Assembly: GCA_000146465.1 (NCBI GenBank)
Contig: CP001952.1
DNA: 64,000 nt
Reading direction: 5' to 3' (one strand)
In this document: positions 51,308-62,102 of the stretch, piece by piece
Layout of the letters: every line of letters begins with the position of its first letter
Position numbering within the stretch: the first letter of the stretch is position 1
Program-made: the position numbers and the translations under genes
Notes under the pieces: generated by a model
Database searches by the model: none
What the model saw: only the letters and a program-made list of their open reading frames with translations
Told to the model about the DNA's origin: nothing

Positions 51308-51904
51308 ATGGAGAAGAAGGTTAAGGCAGGTTTAGTGAATAGTGTTTTAATTTCCATAATTATTATTCTCGGGATCATAATCACGCATCTTTCGTTTTAC
51401 AATAGCCTCCGGGATATGATTTTCAAGAATCCAGAGAATATAATTCTAATGAACAAAAGGGACATAGAAAAAAATATCTATGGAGATAGAATGAAAATCC
51501 AGATTCCTCCCGAGAGCCTATCTGAGGAAATGTGGGCGGGGTTTGAAAGCTTGTGCACAAATGCAATTATAATTGTCTCCCAGGGAGACTATGTTAAGGT
51601 CTTCAATATTATCTCTAGAAAGATGAACCAGTATAAACATAACGAATACATTAAGCATCTAGAAAGTATTGGAAATTATCTGTTTTTCTTGAACAACTCC
51701 AATTATAGCATTCGCAACTTTCTAAGAGATTCATTGGGATATGACGGGCGAAACGTAATTGAGGATTCCCCCATGATATATGGATGTCTAATACTTCCTA
51801 ACACAGATGGAGGACTCAAATTCATGTCGAAGTCAAAGATAATGGATGTCAACTGCAATTGGGAAAATATTATGGGATATATATATCTCGACCAGAATAT
51901 GTGA
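51308..51904 (+). CDS. hypothetical signal-anchor protein
   Basis: N-terminal TM helix (LVNSVLISIIIILGIIITHL) followed by a globular domain. No homolog recognised. Confidence 0.4.
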   Translation: MEKKVKAGLVNSVLISIIIILGIIITHLSFYNSLRDMIFKNPENIILMNKRDIEKNIYGDRMKIQIPPESLSEEMWAGFESLCTNAIIIVSQGDYVKVFNIISRKMNQYKHNEYIKHLESIGNYLFFLNNSNYSIRNFLRDSLGYDGRNVIEDSPMIYGCLILPNTDGGLKFMSKSKIMDVNCNWENIMGYIYLDQNM

Positions 51905-51999
51905 GTACGAAATAAATTATATCGGCACATATGGTTTTATTAGTCTGGGATTAGTCTCTGTGGAGACCTAAGAATAAATAAAAATTACCTGGGAAGGGC

Positions 52000-54900
52000 A
52001 TGGAGAAAGCGGAAATGAATATAGAGGCAGGACTTATGGAAAGACTGAGCTCGAAGAATTGGAAGGATAGACAAGAAGCATATAACATGCTTGGTTCCTT
52101 CTGGAAAGAGGGAAGGGCTGTAGAGCCGGAGGTTGTCCAGATGCTCCAAAGTGAGGGAAATATTCCTGCATTGGAGGCAGCAATAGATGCTCTTTTAAAT
52201 GTAAATAATCTCAAAGTCGGCGATGTCAAAAAGATTTTTGGCAACATTGGGAACTCCAAGACTAGTATCAAAACAAGGATCGATGCATTGATTGGCAGAC
52301 TGGAAGATACCGAAGAACTTATGGATGCTTTGTGTGAAATTTTGGATTCTAAGTCTCCTAGAAATGTATCTGGGGCATTATCGGCCATCTGCAACGTTGT
52401 TAGAAGTAGAGGATGTGGCTTGAAGCCCATTGGTGAAAGGATAGGGGAAGTAATGGGGCATGCGGACAAGGGAGTCAGAAATGAAGGATTCAAGCTATGT
52501 ATAGAGCTTTACAAAAGGAATGGAGAATTGCTCTTGCCATACCTAAGTAATTTGAAGCCAATACAGCAGAAAGAGTTAATGGAAGAGTTCGGGAAGTGTA
52601 ATCTTGTTGAAGAGAAGGAGGATAAAAAGGAGCTTGTGGGTCTATCTGGAGACCTTCTTAAAGGAGCTTCCGATGATAACTGGAAGGTCCGATTAGAAGC
52701 CATGCGTGGGATCAAAAAAATAGCTAGATGTGTTGAGTACAATAGTGAGCTGAATAGTCTTCTTTGTAGAAGAATAGGGGATGTTAACAATCAAGTATTT
52801 TATACAACTTTGGAGGTTCTTGGAGAACTAAAGCCTAGGAACATTGAAATTATAAAGGGGCTTGTTGAGAGGCTCAAGGAGAAGAAAGATGTAACCTCGG
52901 AGAAGATAAAGGAAATCCTTTTTAAGGTTGGGGTTAGGATAAGTGGGAGCAATGCCGAGTTTCTAGGGCATAAAAATCCCCAGGTTAGACTAAATTTGTT
53001 AGACTACTCATTGAGAGATTTGCAGAATGACAAGGAATTCATCAAGATGGTAGGAAACTGCCTTCTTGATCCGGTTGGAGAGGTCAGAAACAAGGCAATG
53101 GAAGTAGTTTCTGAAATCCACAAGAAGTACGGAAACATATTTGAAGGCACGGTCACTCATAATGCTCTTCCTCGAATCAATAAAATAATAGGAAACAATA
53201 GCAAAAAAGAAGCAGGAGATGGAAATTCTTCCGGCCTGGAAAAAAAGACTACACCAGAAAGACGAATGAAGATAGAAGACCCCGATACTAGGGATAGCAA
53301 AGTCTTGAGGGGAAAAAAGAGTACACCTTCTAACCACACAAGAGAGAATTCTAAAGATGTGGCTTTGTCTTCCCGAGAAGACGACTCTGCAAGCAAGAAG
53401 AAGCATTCGAAGGTGGGAATGGATGTTTTACTCAATAACATCAGTAGGCAAAGGGCCAAGGGAAGTGGAAATAGAGAAGAGATTTTCACTCCTCAGTTTA
53501 TCCAAATGATGGACAAAGGGCCTTTTCATCAAGTCTACGACCTATTCGACAGTATAGATAAGACGATTGTCAGCGATTTTCTCATAGATTTTCTTATTCA
53601 ATCGAATGCTTCAGAAGCATTTATCAACTCGACACTCTTATCGTTTATTTCTAATAAGTATATTCTGAAGGAGTTTGAATGCAAAAAGCTTGTGGAGTAT
53701 CTTCTATCTAACGGAATGAGCGAGGAGTTGGGGATGATGGACAGGGTCTATCCTGTTACAAAGCTTTTTCTGGTCTACCAAAAGATAGGCAATAAGGAGG
53801 CCAATAATGAGATACTAAAGCTAGTAAGGAAGTACAGAATGTTCCGAGGGGACAAGAAGCAATTTATTGAAGGGATTAAGAAAAGAGGAAAAACAGAGGT
53901 TGAAGATGCGATAAAGGGATGCCCAGACTTCCTAAGCTTTGTAGATGAGCTTGAGGGAAGTTTTATGTCTACAGGAAATGAAGATTGTGATGATGTAAAA
54001 ATAGAAAAGAATTTTGAAAAAACATCCGATGAGGTAGGCTCTCAGAAATCGGAATACATAGAAAAGGTAATTGATGGAGAGGAAATAGACATGGAGGTTC
54101 CATCCATTCACGATGACTCCTTTGTGGTTGGAGATGCCGACATTGAAGCTTCTTTTGAGGCCTTGAGCATACATTCTGTCTCCGGAGTTTTCACACCAAA
54201 CTCGAAGAAAGTTAGAAAGGAAGTTATTCCCCCTGAAAAGCAAAGAAGGGAGGTAAGCGGTTTGGAGCTTGTACTAGATCATCTTATTGACTCCAATCCT
54301 GGGGTCAGCGAAGTAGCCTTTAAAAGACTCATGAACATCATAGATTCAGAGATTGGATCTCTTTTGTCTTTTTCAAACTCCATTGTTAGTTCTATTTCAA
54401 TTCAGCTTTTTGATGTACTCCACAATCCTTCTTTTTCGGACTTGATTCTTCAAGTTTTCTTCAAACTCAGCCAGAACAAGCTCTTCTGTGGGCAGCTAAG
54501 AAAAGAGACCCTGCTCAGTGCCAACACAGATCTCGTAAAGATAATGAAAAGACAGAATACCAAGGATTATAATGCAAAGGTATCTTCTCCAGGCTTTTTT
54601 TCTCGAGATACCTCGCTTATAGGAGAAATTCTGATTAATCTTTGCCTCAATTCCAGGCCCAGTCTTGTCTTAGAAGTATATTTAGAAATGCTGGTCTCTT
54701 CTAAGGAAGAAATTCTGTTAAAACTTATATGGAGACATTCCAAGTCGCTAAAAATGGATGATAGAGAGGAGCTGTCGAAGGTTCTGGATGTATTAATGCG
54801 CTTTTATGATAGCAACTATCATTCTATTCTTTCAGAAGACAATGTCACCCTGAAGATATTACAGCTTCATTTGAAAGAGATGGTTAAATTTTATAGAAAA

Positions 54901-55011
54901 GATATATACGAGTTTGGAATTCGTGGTCTCGCCAAAGTATTTGTGGGATCTATGATAGGAAACACAGAATCCATACATCGGCGAGAGACCAAGAAGGTTG
55001 ATTCCAACTAA
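52000..55011 (+). CDS. STU2: TOG-domain microtubule polymerase (Stu2/Dis1/XMAP215 family)
   Basis: The N-terminal TOG signature is ERLSSKNWKDRQEAYNMLGSFWKE. HEAT repeats extend throughout and there is a basic S/K-rich linker. 1003 aa. Confidence 0.65.
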   Translation: MEKAEMNIEAGLMERLSSKNWKDRQEAYNMLGSFWKEGRAVEPEVVQMLQSEGNIPALEAAIDALLNVNNLKVGDVKKIFGNIGNSKTSIKTRIDALIGRLEDTEELMDALCEILDSKSPRNVSGALSAICNVVRSRGCGLKPIGERIGEVMGHADKGVRNEGFKLCIELYKRNGELLLPYLSNLKPIQQKELMEEFGKCNLVEEKEDKKELVGLSGDLLKGASDDNWKVRLEAMRGIKKIARCVEYNSELNSLLCRRIGDVNNQVFYTTLEVLGELKPRNIEIIKGLVERLKEKKDVTSEKIKEILFKVGVRISGSNAEFLGHKNPQVRLNLLDYSLRDLQNDKEFIKMVGNCLLDPVGEVRNKAMEVVSEIHKKYGNIFEGTVTHNALPRINKIIGNNSKKEAGDGNSSGLEKKTTPERRMKIEDPDTRDSKVLRGKKSTPSNHTRENSKDVALSSREDDSASKKKHSKVGMDVLLNNISRQRAKGSGNREEIFTPQFIQMMDKGPFHQVYDLFDSIDKTIVSDFLIDFLIQSNASEAFINSTLLSFISNKYILKEFECKKLVEYLLSNGMSEELGMMDRVYPVTKLFLVYQKIGNKEANNEILKLVRKYRMFRGDKKQFIEGIKKRGKTEVEDAIKGCPDFLSFVDELEGSFMSTGNEDCDDVKIEKNFEKTSDEVGSQKSEYIEKVIDGEEIDMEVPSIHDDSFVVGDADIEASFEALSIHSVSGVFTPNSKKVRKEVIPPEKQRREVSGLELVLDHLIDSNPGVSEVAFKRLMNIIDSEIGSLLSFSNSIVSSISIQLFDVLHNPSFSDLILQVFFKLSQNKLFCGQLRKETLLSANTDLVKIMKRQNTKDYNAKVSSPGFFSRDTSLIGEILINLCLNSRPSLVLEVYLEMLVSSKEEILLKLIWRHSKSLKMDDREELSKVLDVLMRFYDSNYHSILSEDNVTLKILQLHLKEMVKFYRKDIYEFGIRGLAKVFVGSMIGNTESIHRRETKKVDSN

Positions 55012-55096
55012 GATTGGCAATAAAAGAGCAGTTTGATATATTTTTGGCATCCAAGATCTTGAAGGACTGATTTCTTTTCTTAGGAGCCCATTCCCA

Positions 55097-55918
55097 ATGA
55101 ATAGAAGAAAGAGAGAGAGAAGAGAATATTTGCTCCAAAAAGAAAGAGAAAGGTTTGACAAAGAAATGGAGGGAAAAAAGCAAAAGCTAGACGAAGCATT
55201 GGAGTCCAACACAAAAATCCCTCACGACATTAAAAAAGACGCAGCTACATTGCTGAACGAAATGATTTACGAAGGGAAAATTGAGGAAGAGCATAGACTT
55301 CCAAAGATAATGGTCACTACATCGAGAAGTCCGAGCTCGCAACTTCTGCATTTCTCAAAGCATCTATCTCTAGTATTGAACGGTGAAAATGTCATTCGTG
55401 GACAACTATGCGAGGAAGAAATAAGTGACTTGGCACACAAACATGAATACACATGTGTTATCATTATACATGAGAATAGGGGGAGGCCGTCTGCTCTTGC
55501 GGTTTCCTACTTTCCGTTTGGGCCTACGATGAGATTCACAATAATAGATCACTTCTTGACAAGGAGATCCCATCCTCTTTCCCCTAAGATGTACTTTGTG
55601 TGCGACAATATGGAGGGACCCGTCGGGATAAAAATCAAAGAGAAAATGGCGCTACTATTTCCCCGATGCGATGGAGCAAAAAGAATAGTTAGTTTAGTAA
55701 ACAGAAACGACACTATTGCATTCCGGCACTATTTAATAGAGAAGGGAGATAAAACCACTTTAAGCAAGAGTCTTGGAATGGACCTTAGAGCATATGAAAT
55801 AAGAAAAGGAACTTTCGAGGTGGATGGGGAGTTTGAATGGGCTTATAAGCCATATATGAACTCAAGAAGGACCCGGGAGGAAATAGGACGTGCACCCAAG
55901 GAACAATTAAAGTTATGA
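55097..55918 (+). CDS. IMP4: U3 snoRNP protein Imp4 (Brix family)
   Basis: N-terminal RRKRERREYLLQKERERFDKE and a Brix core (KIMVTTSRSPSSQLLHFSKHL). Confidence 0.75.
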   Translation: MNRRKRERREYLLQKERERFDKEMEGKKQKLDEALESNTKIPHDIKKDAATLLNEMIYEGKIEEEHRLPKIMVTTSRSPSSQLLHFSKHLSLVLNGENVIRGQLCEEEISDLAHKHEYTCVIIIHENRGRPSALAVSYFPFGPTMRFTIIDHFLTRRSHPLSPKMYFVCDNMEGPVGIKIKEKMALLFPRCDGAKRIVSLVNRNDTIAFRHYLIEKGDKTTLSKSLGMDLRAYEIRKGTFEVDGEFEWAYKPYMNSRRTREEIGRAPKEQLKL

Positions 55919-55975
55919 TTATTTGTTGATTTTGGTATGGCATCCTCATAAATTTGCATTCTCTTATATCCCTAA

Positions 55976-57019
55976 ATGAACAATGATCTTCTTCTTGGAC
56001 AGATACTCCGGGTTCCTCCTATCACAAGATGCATGGTTTTACTTATAACAATGGTATCTCTTCTTGTGTATGTGGATGCTGTATCTCCATACAGCCTTTA
56101 TTATTCTCCCTTGTTTCTTAGGAAGTTCGAAGTATGGAGAATATTCACATCGTTCCTTTATTTTGGAAAACCAACATTGGACATGTTCATGCATGTGGTT
56201 TTTTTGTACCGCTATTCTAGGATGCTCGAGGAGGGATGCATTAACACTTCCGAATATTTCTGGTTGGTATTGGTAATATCATCTACTCTTTTTGCCATAT
56301 CGAACATCTACGGTATATCGGCACTAGGAACATCATTTTCTTCAACTATAACATACATTTGGACAAAGAGAAATCCAAGAGCCATTGTTCAGATATTTGG
56401 ATTTATTTCGTTTCCTGCATTCTATCTTCCATTTATTCTTCCTGGATTCATGCTATTAACAAGGAGATCAATATCTATAGATGATGTGCTAGGAATAGTT
56501 GTTGGGCATTTGTTTCATTATTTCAAGGATATTTATCCAAGATGGGGACGCGATATTCTGAAGACTCCGTGTTGGGTTAAGAAACTTTTCAAAGAACATC
56601 CTTCTGGCTGCTGCAAGACTCAGAAGGGAATCACCATAAGAGAAGGGAGAGAAAAGTACAAGAGAAACATTGAAAACGGAAATTTTGCTAAAACCGATGA
56701 GAACAATGAAGTGGGACTCATAGATGCAACAGATCCTGAAATCAATAAAGTAGATGATGAATATGTAGGAGAGGAGAGCCCAAGCCAGAGTTGCACAGAA
56801 TCTTTAAGGGAAAAGGATTTATCCATTGCATTCTCTCAAAGACCTTCAATAGTCTCTTCTACAGTGATGACTTCCTCGATAGGACCTGAAGAAAATTGCT
56901 TGGGCGTTGTGGAGGCTTGCAGTAGCAAAGAGCCGGTGGCAGGAAATGACCCCGAGAGTCGGTCTAACGAAGAATGGGATGAGAAATGGGGAGAGAGCGA
57001 TAATGAAAGTACCGGATAG
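55976..57019 (+). CDS. DER1: Derlin (Der1-like ERAD component)
   Basis: ILRVPPITRCMVLLITMVSLLV..., FEVWRIFTSFLYFG and HVVFLYRYSRMLEEG are Der1-family motifs. An acidic C-terminal extension is present. Confidence 0.8.
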   Translation: MNNDLLLGQILRVPPITRCMVLLITMVSLLVYVDAVSPYSLYYSPLFLRKFEVWRIFTSFLYFGKPTLDMFMHVVFLYRYSRMLEEGCINTSEYFWLVLVISSTLFAISNIYGISALGTSFSSTITYIWTKRNPRAIVQIFGFISFPAFYLPFILPGFMLLTRRSISIDDVLGIVVGHLFHYFKDIYPRWGRDILKTPCWVKKLFKEHPSGCCKTQKGITIREGREKYKRNIENGNFAKTDENNEVGLIDATDPEINKVDDEYVGEESPSQSCTESLREKDLSIAFSQRPSIVSSTVMTSSIGPEENCLGVVEACSSKEPVAGNDPESRSNEEWDEKWGESDNESTG

Positions 57020-57108
57020 GGAATTAACTCTTTGCCCTGGGGAAAGCCGTACATGTACTTGGCTACCAAGGAATCCTTGATGGTTATCATCCTCATCAAA
57101 AAACCCTG

Positions 57109-58848
57109 TTAATAAATTTTTCTGGAAAGTTGATCCATAGGAAGATGTACCACAGGGCCTTTAGTAGATCTTACAACTCCAAAGTCTCCATTGATAGCTA
57201 TTAGAATCCCACATGTTCCTTTCTTTTCTCCGTCTAGCACACAGACAAGGTCATTTTTTTGAGGCTGAACAAACGAAACCTCAGAAAAAGAAAAGGTCTT
57301 TTCCTTTGTAATAAACAAAGCATCTTTGTAATCTTCAAGGATTAACTCTTTTTCTGAAACCCGGATCAGAGTACCTCTGTATGGATTATTTTCTTCTCCG
57401 AGCCAGTCCATTCCAACATCTTCAGAAGCATAAATACTAGGTGTCTTGTACCCCGGAGTCTTGTATCCAGGTGTTCTGTATCCAGGTGTTTTATATCCTG
57501 GAGTTCTGGATACAATCGATTCATTGTACCTTAATGGCCTGCTTGATATTTCTCGGCTTGGCGTAATTATATGATCCTTTTCTACAAGCACAAACTTCAT
57601 ATTAGAATTTAACTGAATCCTGCATATGCTTCTATCTACTTCCTTGACTATACCGCTATGACCTTTATACTCTCCAGACAATATTTGTACTTCTTTGTTA
57701 ATTAATGGGTCTCTTCGGACCTTTTTTCGTTCAATCCCACTAGGCCTTTCCTTTTTTGGGCTAGCTGTAACCGGGCCTTTCAGATCATCAATGTTGACCT
57801 TTAACTCCTCGGTAAAGTCCCTTATAGCAATTATACAGCTCTTTTTGTCTATTTTTACAACCACTCCATTCTCTCCCTTATAGGATACCATCTCGCCTAC
57901 ATCAAAATTCTTGACGAGCCCCGTACTCTGAATCTCAAACTTCCCGTCTTTACCCTCAACAACAGCAATACTCCCATTGATGCTTCGAACAATTCCTTTT
58001 ACTCCTATAAGCTCTCCTCTGGTTACTCGAACCTTGTCTCCTACAGATATAGGGCAGATTTGCTGAAACTCCTCAAGCTCCTCGAAAGTCGGCTCCACAT
58101 CAAAGTCAACACTACTCTTTAAAACATCCTTTTCCAAGAATCCATCTACATATGTGTCTCGCTTGTACACATAGTATCCCCTAGACTTTATGACACTTCC
58201 GCTTTTAAAGTTATCGGGGTTGAAAAGCTTTTTTTCTCCGTCAATCCTCGGAACTGCTCTTATCCTTACCATTTCCTCATCATACTCAATGATCTTAACA
58301 AGATCGTTCTTGTATTTTCCTTTTCTTATCCTTCCCCATTCCCCACATATCTTCTGTTCATGGTACGTCATCGCTTCAATCATCTCCTTCGGAGGAACAA
58401 CAGATACACGGTTTCTGCTAACTCCCCGGAGTGACTCTAGTGCATCAATAATATGTTGCTTTTGGAAGGCTTCTACGTATAGATATCCTTTCAACCCATC
58501 TTTACAGACTATACTGAATATATTCTTAGGATCGTTCTCTACAATTTTCATCAGAATCTCTCTTTCAGATCCTCTCTTGACTCTTACAATAAACAATCTT
58601 GGGGATGTGTTTCTAGGAACTAAATTTGCCTGCTTAATGCCATGCTCAACAGTTTCCTCTTCTTCCTCGTCAATCTCCTCGTCTTCGGGTATGGATCCAT
58701 ATTTTTCTTCAAGCTCCTTTGTAAGCTTGGTCCAATCTCTACGAGGCACCACAGACTCTTGAACCTCATCTAAATCCTCATGGCTAAGCTCAGAGTCTTC
58801 TTCGGATGCTTCTATGCTTATGTACTTACTTCCAGGCCTCTTTGCCAT
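57109..58848 (-). CDS. SPT5: transcription elongation factor Spt5
   Basis: Acidic N-terminus, NGN domain, several KOW motifs (GDKVRVTRGELIGVKGIV; KEVQILSGEYKGHSGIV) and a C-terminal CTR of TPGYK/R pentapeptides. Confidence 0.9.
   Translation of the reverse strand: MAKRPGSKYISIEASEEDSELSHEDLDEVQESVVPRRDWTKLTKELEEKYGSIPEDEEIDEEEEETVEHGIKQANLVPRNTSPRLFIVRVKRGSEREILMKIVENDPKNIFSIVCKDGLKGYLYVEAFQKQHIIDALESLRGVSRNRVSVVPPKEMIEAMTYHEQKICGEWGRIRKGKYKNDLVKIIEYDEEMVRIRAVPRIDGEKKLFNPDNFKSGSVIKSRGYYVYKRDTYVDGFLEKDVLKSSVDFDVEPTFEELEEFQQICPISVGDKVRVTRGELIGVKGIVRSINGSIAVVEGKDGKFEIQSTGLVKNFDVGEMVSYKGENGVVVKIDKKSCIIAIRDFTEELKVNIDDLKGPVTASPKKERPSGIERKKVRRDPLINKEVQILSGEYKGHSGIVKEVDRSICRIQLNSNMKFVLVEKDHIITPSREISSRPLRYNESIVSRTPGYKTPGYRTPGYKTPGYKTPSIYASEDVGMDWLGEENNPYRGTLIRVSEKELILEDYKDALFITKEKTFSFSEVSFVQPQKNDLVCVLDGEKKGTCGILIAINGDFGVVRSTKGPVVHLPMDQLSRKIY
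57441..57512 (-). repeat. coding tandem 15-nt repeats (Spt5 CTR, TPGYKTPGYRTPGYKTPGYKTP)
   Basis: Five near-identical ggatacaaracwcc-type units are visible directly in the sequence. Confidence 0.8.
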
Positions 58849-59211
58849 TCAATGAGGGTTGAACACTTAAGACGATTAACTAACAGAATCTTCAGCCCCA
58901 ATGGAATTGAAGAAGTTGAAGAAGGCAGCAAAACTTAGAAACATCGATCAGATGATTTCTCTTATAGAAAAAATACCATCGAAGAACGCAGCGGATGCAG
59001 AAAAATTTTTGTCTGATTTCTACAATCATGAGGTATCTGTAGCCAATGCTGTCTTCGAATTAACATCATACTCAAAAATACATAAGACAAAGGTAAAACT
59101 TCCTCTCAAAGGCTGTTTCACCCTTATTATTCCAAATCCAAAGGAACGATCTGCTTTTTGATAATAAAACCATATTCCGTTAATTCGTAGATAAAAGCTA
59201 TCCCCGGAAGA

Positions 59212-59760
59212 ATGAGAGTGTCTATATCGATTCCGCATAATCCTCATAAAGATACAACGGCACTACAAAAGGAACTCTTAGATATAATTCCAAACTCTTA
59301 TGGTGGAGATCCCGATGAGAGGTCCGAGGTGATCATAAGAATAGTTGAAGATGTGGGGCCTCAGTGGATAGTTTTTAAGGATGAGAAGATACAGCTGGTT
59401 CTAAAGATAGTCCAGTACAAATCCAGAGACTATCTAAGGGTGTCCAAGCCCATTTCAAAAGATCATCCACCTCAACTCATTGTAAATAACTTCACAACAG
59501 ATATAGGAATGCAGGTAGTTGAATTTCTAGCTGGTATGTTCCCATTCCATCCAAGCTCTAGACAAGTTGTAAACTTCACCGTCCAGGGTGATTTCATCTA
59601 CTTCAGATTATATAGATACTGTTTTGGGGAAAAGAGTCCTATTATGGAGAATGTTGGGCCGCATCTGACTCTTAGGCTCTGGAAAATAATAGAATACAGT
59701 GGAAATGAGAAGAAAGTCATGAATTTCAAGAAGTTTATCAAAAACTCAAGCATACTATGA
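59212..59760 (+). CDS. minimal Brix-domain ribosome biogenesis protein (Rpf1/Brx1-like, 182 aa)
   Basis: Brix start motif (RVSISIPHNPHKD...ELLDIIPNS) and C-terminal sigma70-like motif (GPHLTLRLWKIIE). Confidence 0.55.
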   Translation: MRVSISIPHNPHKDTTALQKELLDIIPNSYGGDPDERSEVIIRIVEDVGPQWIVFKDEKIQLVLKIVQYKSRDYLRVSKPISKDHPPQLIVNNFTTDIGMQVVEFLAGMFPFHPSSRQVVNFTVQGDFIYFRLYRYCFGEKSPIMENVGPHLTLRLWKIIEYSGNEKKVMNFKKFIKNSSIL

Positions 59761-59807
59761 GGTGGAAAAGATCCAGCCAATTTTGACAGAGTGGATATTC
59801 ATAGAAT

Positions 59808-60896
59808 CTATTCTACCTGGAGGGATTTTTCTACCTGCTTGCCGAGATCATTTATCTCATGGCCTCCTTCACTTAGCTTTTCATTATAAAATCTTTCCAT
59901 CTCTATTTCTTCCTCCCTTAGAGCTTTTATCCTGCTCTCATACTTATCGTTGAGGATCCTTATGGTTTCGGTCCTGAGCTTGAGATATCTAGCTTCTTTC
60001 ATTGCTCCACAGTCTTTTTCAATGTCGAAAATCTTCTTCCTATAGGTATTGTAGAACATGTGGTTTGTCTTTGTTACTAGCTCGTCAAGATTTGTATATA
60101 TAAGAAGGCGTTGGAGTCTCTTAAAGTCATTACTCTCCTCAAGATCTATATTAATGAATCCCCAAATATATTTTCTTCCTCGTACAATCTCTCCCCCGTG
60201 TTCATACATGGTTTCGCTTGCAATTACTGCAAAAGGCATGTTTTCAACTATGTCTGTAATCTCTTCCGTGAGATCTCCATCGTTCTCGTTGAAGTATGGT
60301 ACAAAGAAAAATATGTTGTTTTCTGATAAGATTTGCTTTACAGACTCCTTAACGCAAGCCAACTCGTCAGGAGTGTACATGTCCGCCTTTGGTATTATTG
60401 GTACGAGATTACAGCACTGAGAAAGCTCGTACATGTTTTTTATCTCTTGGTCTGTAAGCGTGTCGGATGGAAGAAGATAAAGACAGACATGGATTCTGTT
60501 GTCCTTAAATGTTTTGTAGAGGCCTTGCTCATTGTCAAAATATTCTCTGTTCATGGCATTTATGTAATCTAGGACTGGGCTTATGTCTAGCTCGTGGTAT
60601 GTCACAATAGAGATGTCTAAAGAAATATCGTTTTCAACAATCTCGTTTCTTGTTACTGTGATTGTGTTCGGCCTTTTCTTATCAACCAAAGGCGCAGCAA
60701 ATATCGAGTTGATTAGTGTGGATGTGCCAAGTCCTCTTCTTCCAACAGCCAATACATTTAGCTCAAATCCCCTAGCCATCGAACTTTCCCTTACTTGGTC
60801 TGGAACAGAAGAAAATCCCACACGGTTCTTGATGTTAATTGTCCCGAGATTTCTAACTATAGTTGGTATGTTTTTCATGTTTGTTTGTTGTGACAT
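59808..60896 (-). CDS. septin
   Basis: GTPase G1 GRRGLGTSTLINSIF, G4 (KAD), a septin-unique region and a C-terminal coiled coil. Confidence 0.75.
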   Translation of the reverse strand: MSQQTNMKNIPTIVRNLGTINIKNRVGFSSVPDQVRESSMARGFELNVLAVGRRGLGTSTLINSIFAAPLVDKKRPNTITVTRNEIVENDISLDISIVTYHELDISPVLDYINAMNREYFDNEQGLYKTFKDNRIHVCLYLLPSDTLTDQEIKNMYELSQCCNLVPIIPKADMYTPDELACVKESVKQILSENNIFFFVPYFNENDGDLTEEITDIVENMPFAVIASETMYEHGGEIVRGRKYIWGFINIDLEESNDFKRLQRLLIYTNLDELVTKTNHMFYNTYRKKIFDIEKDCGAMKEARYLKLRTETIRILNDKYESRIKALREEEIEMERFYNEKLSEGGHEINDLGKQVEKSLQVE

Positions 60897-61112
60897 CTTT
60901 ATTTATCGCTTGGATTGATATGGAGAAAGAACATCCCTGAAAAGAGAGAAAACTTCGCAAGGTACAAAGAAAGAGAAACCAAATGGAAACTCTTCAGCAA
61001 CTATTTGGCCAGAAGATGGTAAGAAACTGTAAGAAGACGTATTACAAAAGTAAGGTTTAACCAAAGAGAAGTAAAGGTCATTAAAATAAAAGTTTGTTTA
61101 TGGAATGCCCCA

Positions 61113-62102
61113 ATGGAATTGAATAGGATAAAGGAACTTCAGAAGGAAAGGAAATGGATGCAATTTTGTAATGCAATAATCGATTCCATGGATTCTTTTC
61201 CTTTAAACGAGCTCTTGGACGCTTTTCTAGAAAGCGCAGGGCAAATTCATCCTAGATCTTCATACGAAGTCTTTCTCGCGTTTTCGGAGAGATTGAATCC
61301 GGAAGAAGGCATAAGAGTCTTAGCACTTGGAGAAGAAACTATAAGAAACTCTGTTCTGTATTCTGAAACCTTCGAAGTAGAGAAGATGTTTCTGGAAATG
61401 AAAAGATGCCTACTTCTAATTGAGATAGGTGAACTCAGGGGGATTGAAAAGAAGCTATTTGAGTGGAAAGGTTTTAGAATGCCAAAGAACGTGAGAATTA
61501 TGTATAATTTTTTTGGGTTTAAATTGTACCAAAAGATTCAGAATGTTGAAGAAGCTTTTTCTCATCTCCTAAGATATGTAAACTTATCGGGGTCTGAGGA
61601 ATTGATGGATTGTCTTGTGGAGTATGCTTTACTTAGCAAAGAATTTTTCAACTTTACCTTAATAACATCACTGCCTGGGTTCGATAAAATGAATAATAGG
61701 GATCTGAAGGAAATATTCTTAATGTTTAGAGAAGGAAATGTAGAGAGACTGGAAGAAAAGTATGGGAAATTTACTGAGATCTTTGGAAGTAACGCCGACG
61801 TAGTCAAAGAAAAGGCCTATATGATAGCCCTAATAAATATATGCTTTTCGGAGGCCGAAAAGAAAGTATCGATCAAGAAGGTTGAAGAGTTGTTGAAGAT
61901 ACCAAACAAGATGGTTATCTACATCATCTTAAAGTCCTTTGGCCTGGGGCTTATAAGCGGATGGATTGACGGAGAGAAGGGAATTCTTTACTTCGACAGC
62001 CTTATTCCAAGAGCGCTACAGAAAGAAGAAATTCAGAAGCTCAAGGAAAAATACGAGATCTGGGAAGGAAAAGTGCAGGAAATCGTTGCTATGCTAAAAT
62101 AA
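61113..62102 (+). CDS. PCI-domain protein (proteasome lid Rpn9, CSN or eIF3m-like)
   Basis: A helical-repeat N-terminus plus a C-terminal winged-helix PCI region (IILKSFGLGLISGWIDGEKGILYFDS). Confidence 0.5.
   Translation: MELNRIKELQKERKWMQFCNAIIDSMDSFPLNELLDAFLESAGQIHPRSSYEVFLAFSERLNPEEGIRVLALGEETIRNSVLYSETFEVEKMFLEMKRCLLLIEIGELRGIEKKLFEWKGFRMPKNVRIMYNFFGFKLYQKIQNVEEAFSHLLRYVNLSGSEELMDCLVEYALLSKEFFNFTLITSLPGFDKMNNRDLKEIFLMFREGNVERLEEKYGKFTEIFGSNADVVKEKAYMIALINICFSEAEKKVSIKKVEELLKIPNKMVIYIILKSFGLGLISGWIDGEKGILYFDSLIPRALQKEEIQKLKEKYEIWEGKVQEIVAMLK

Noticed and set aside
58190-58762. 190-aa plus-strand ORF
   Set aside because: Antisense to the Spt5 gene and Ser/Leu-rich. Spurious.
58901-59161. 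86-aa ORF in the Spt5/Brix divergent spacer
   Set aside because: No homolog, and it sits in a probable bidirectional promoter. It is in a different frame from the downstream Brix ORF, so it is not a simple N-terminal extension. It could only be real as an independent micro-gene or a spliced exon, and neither can be shown from sequence.
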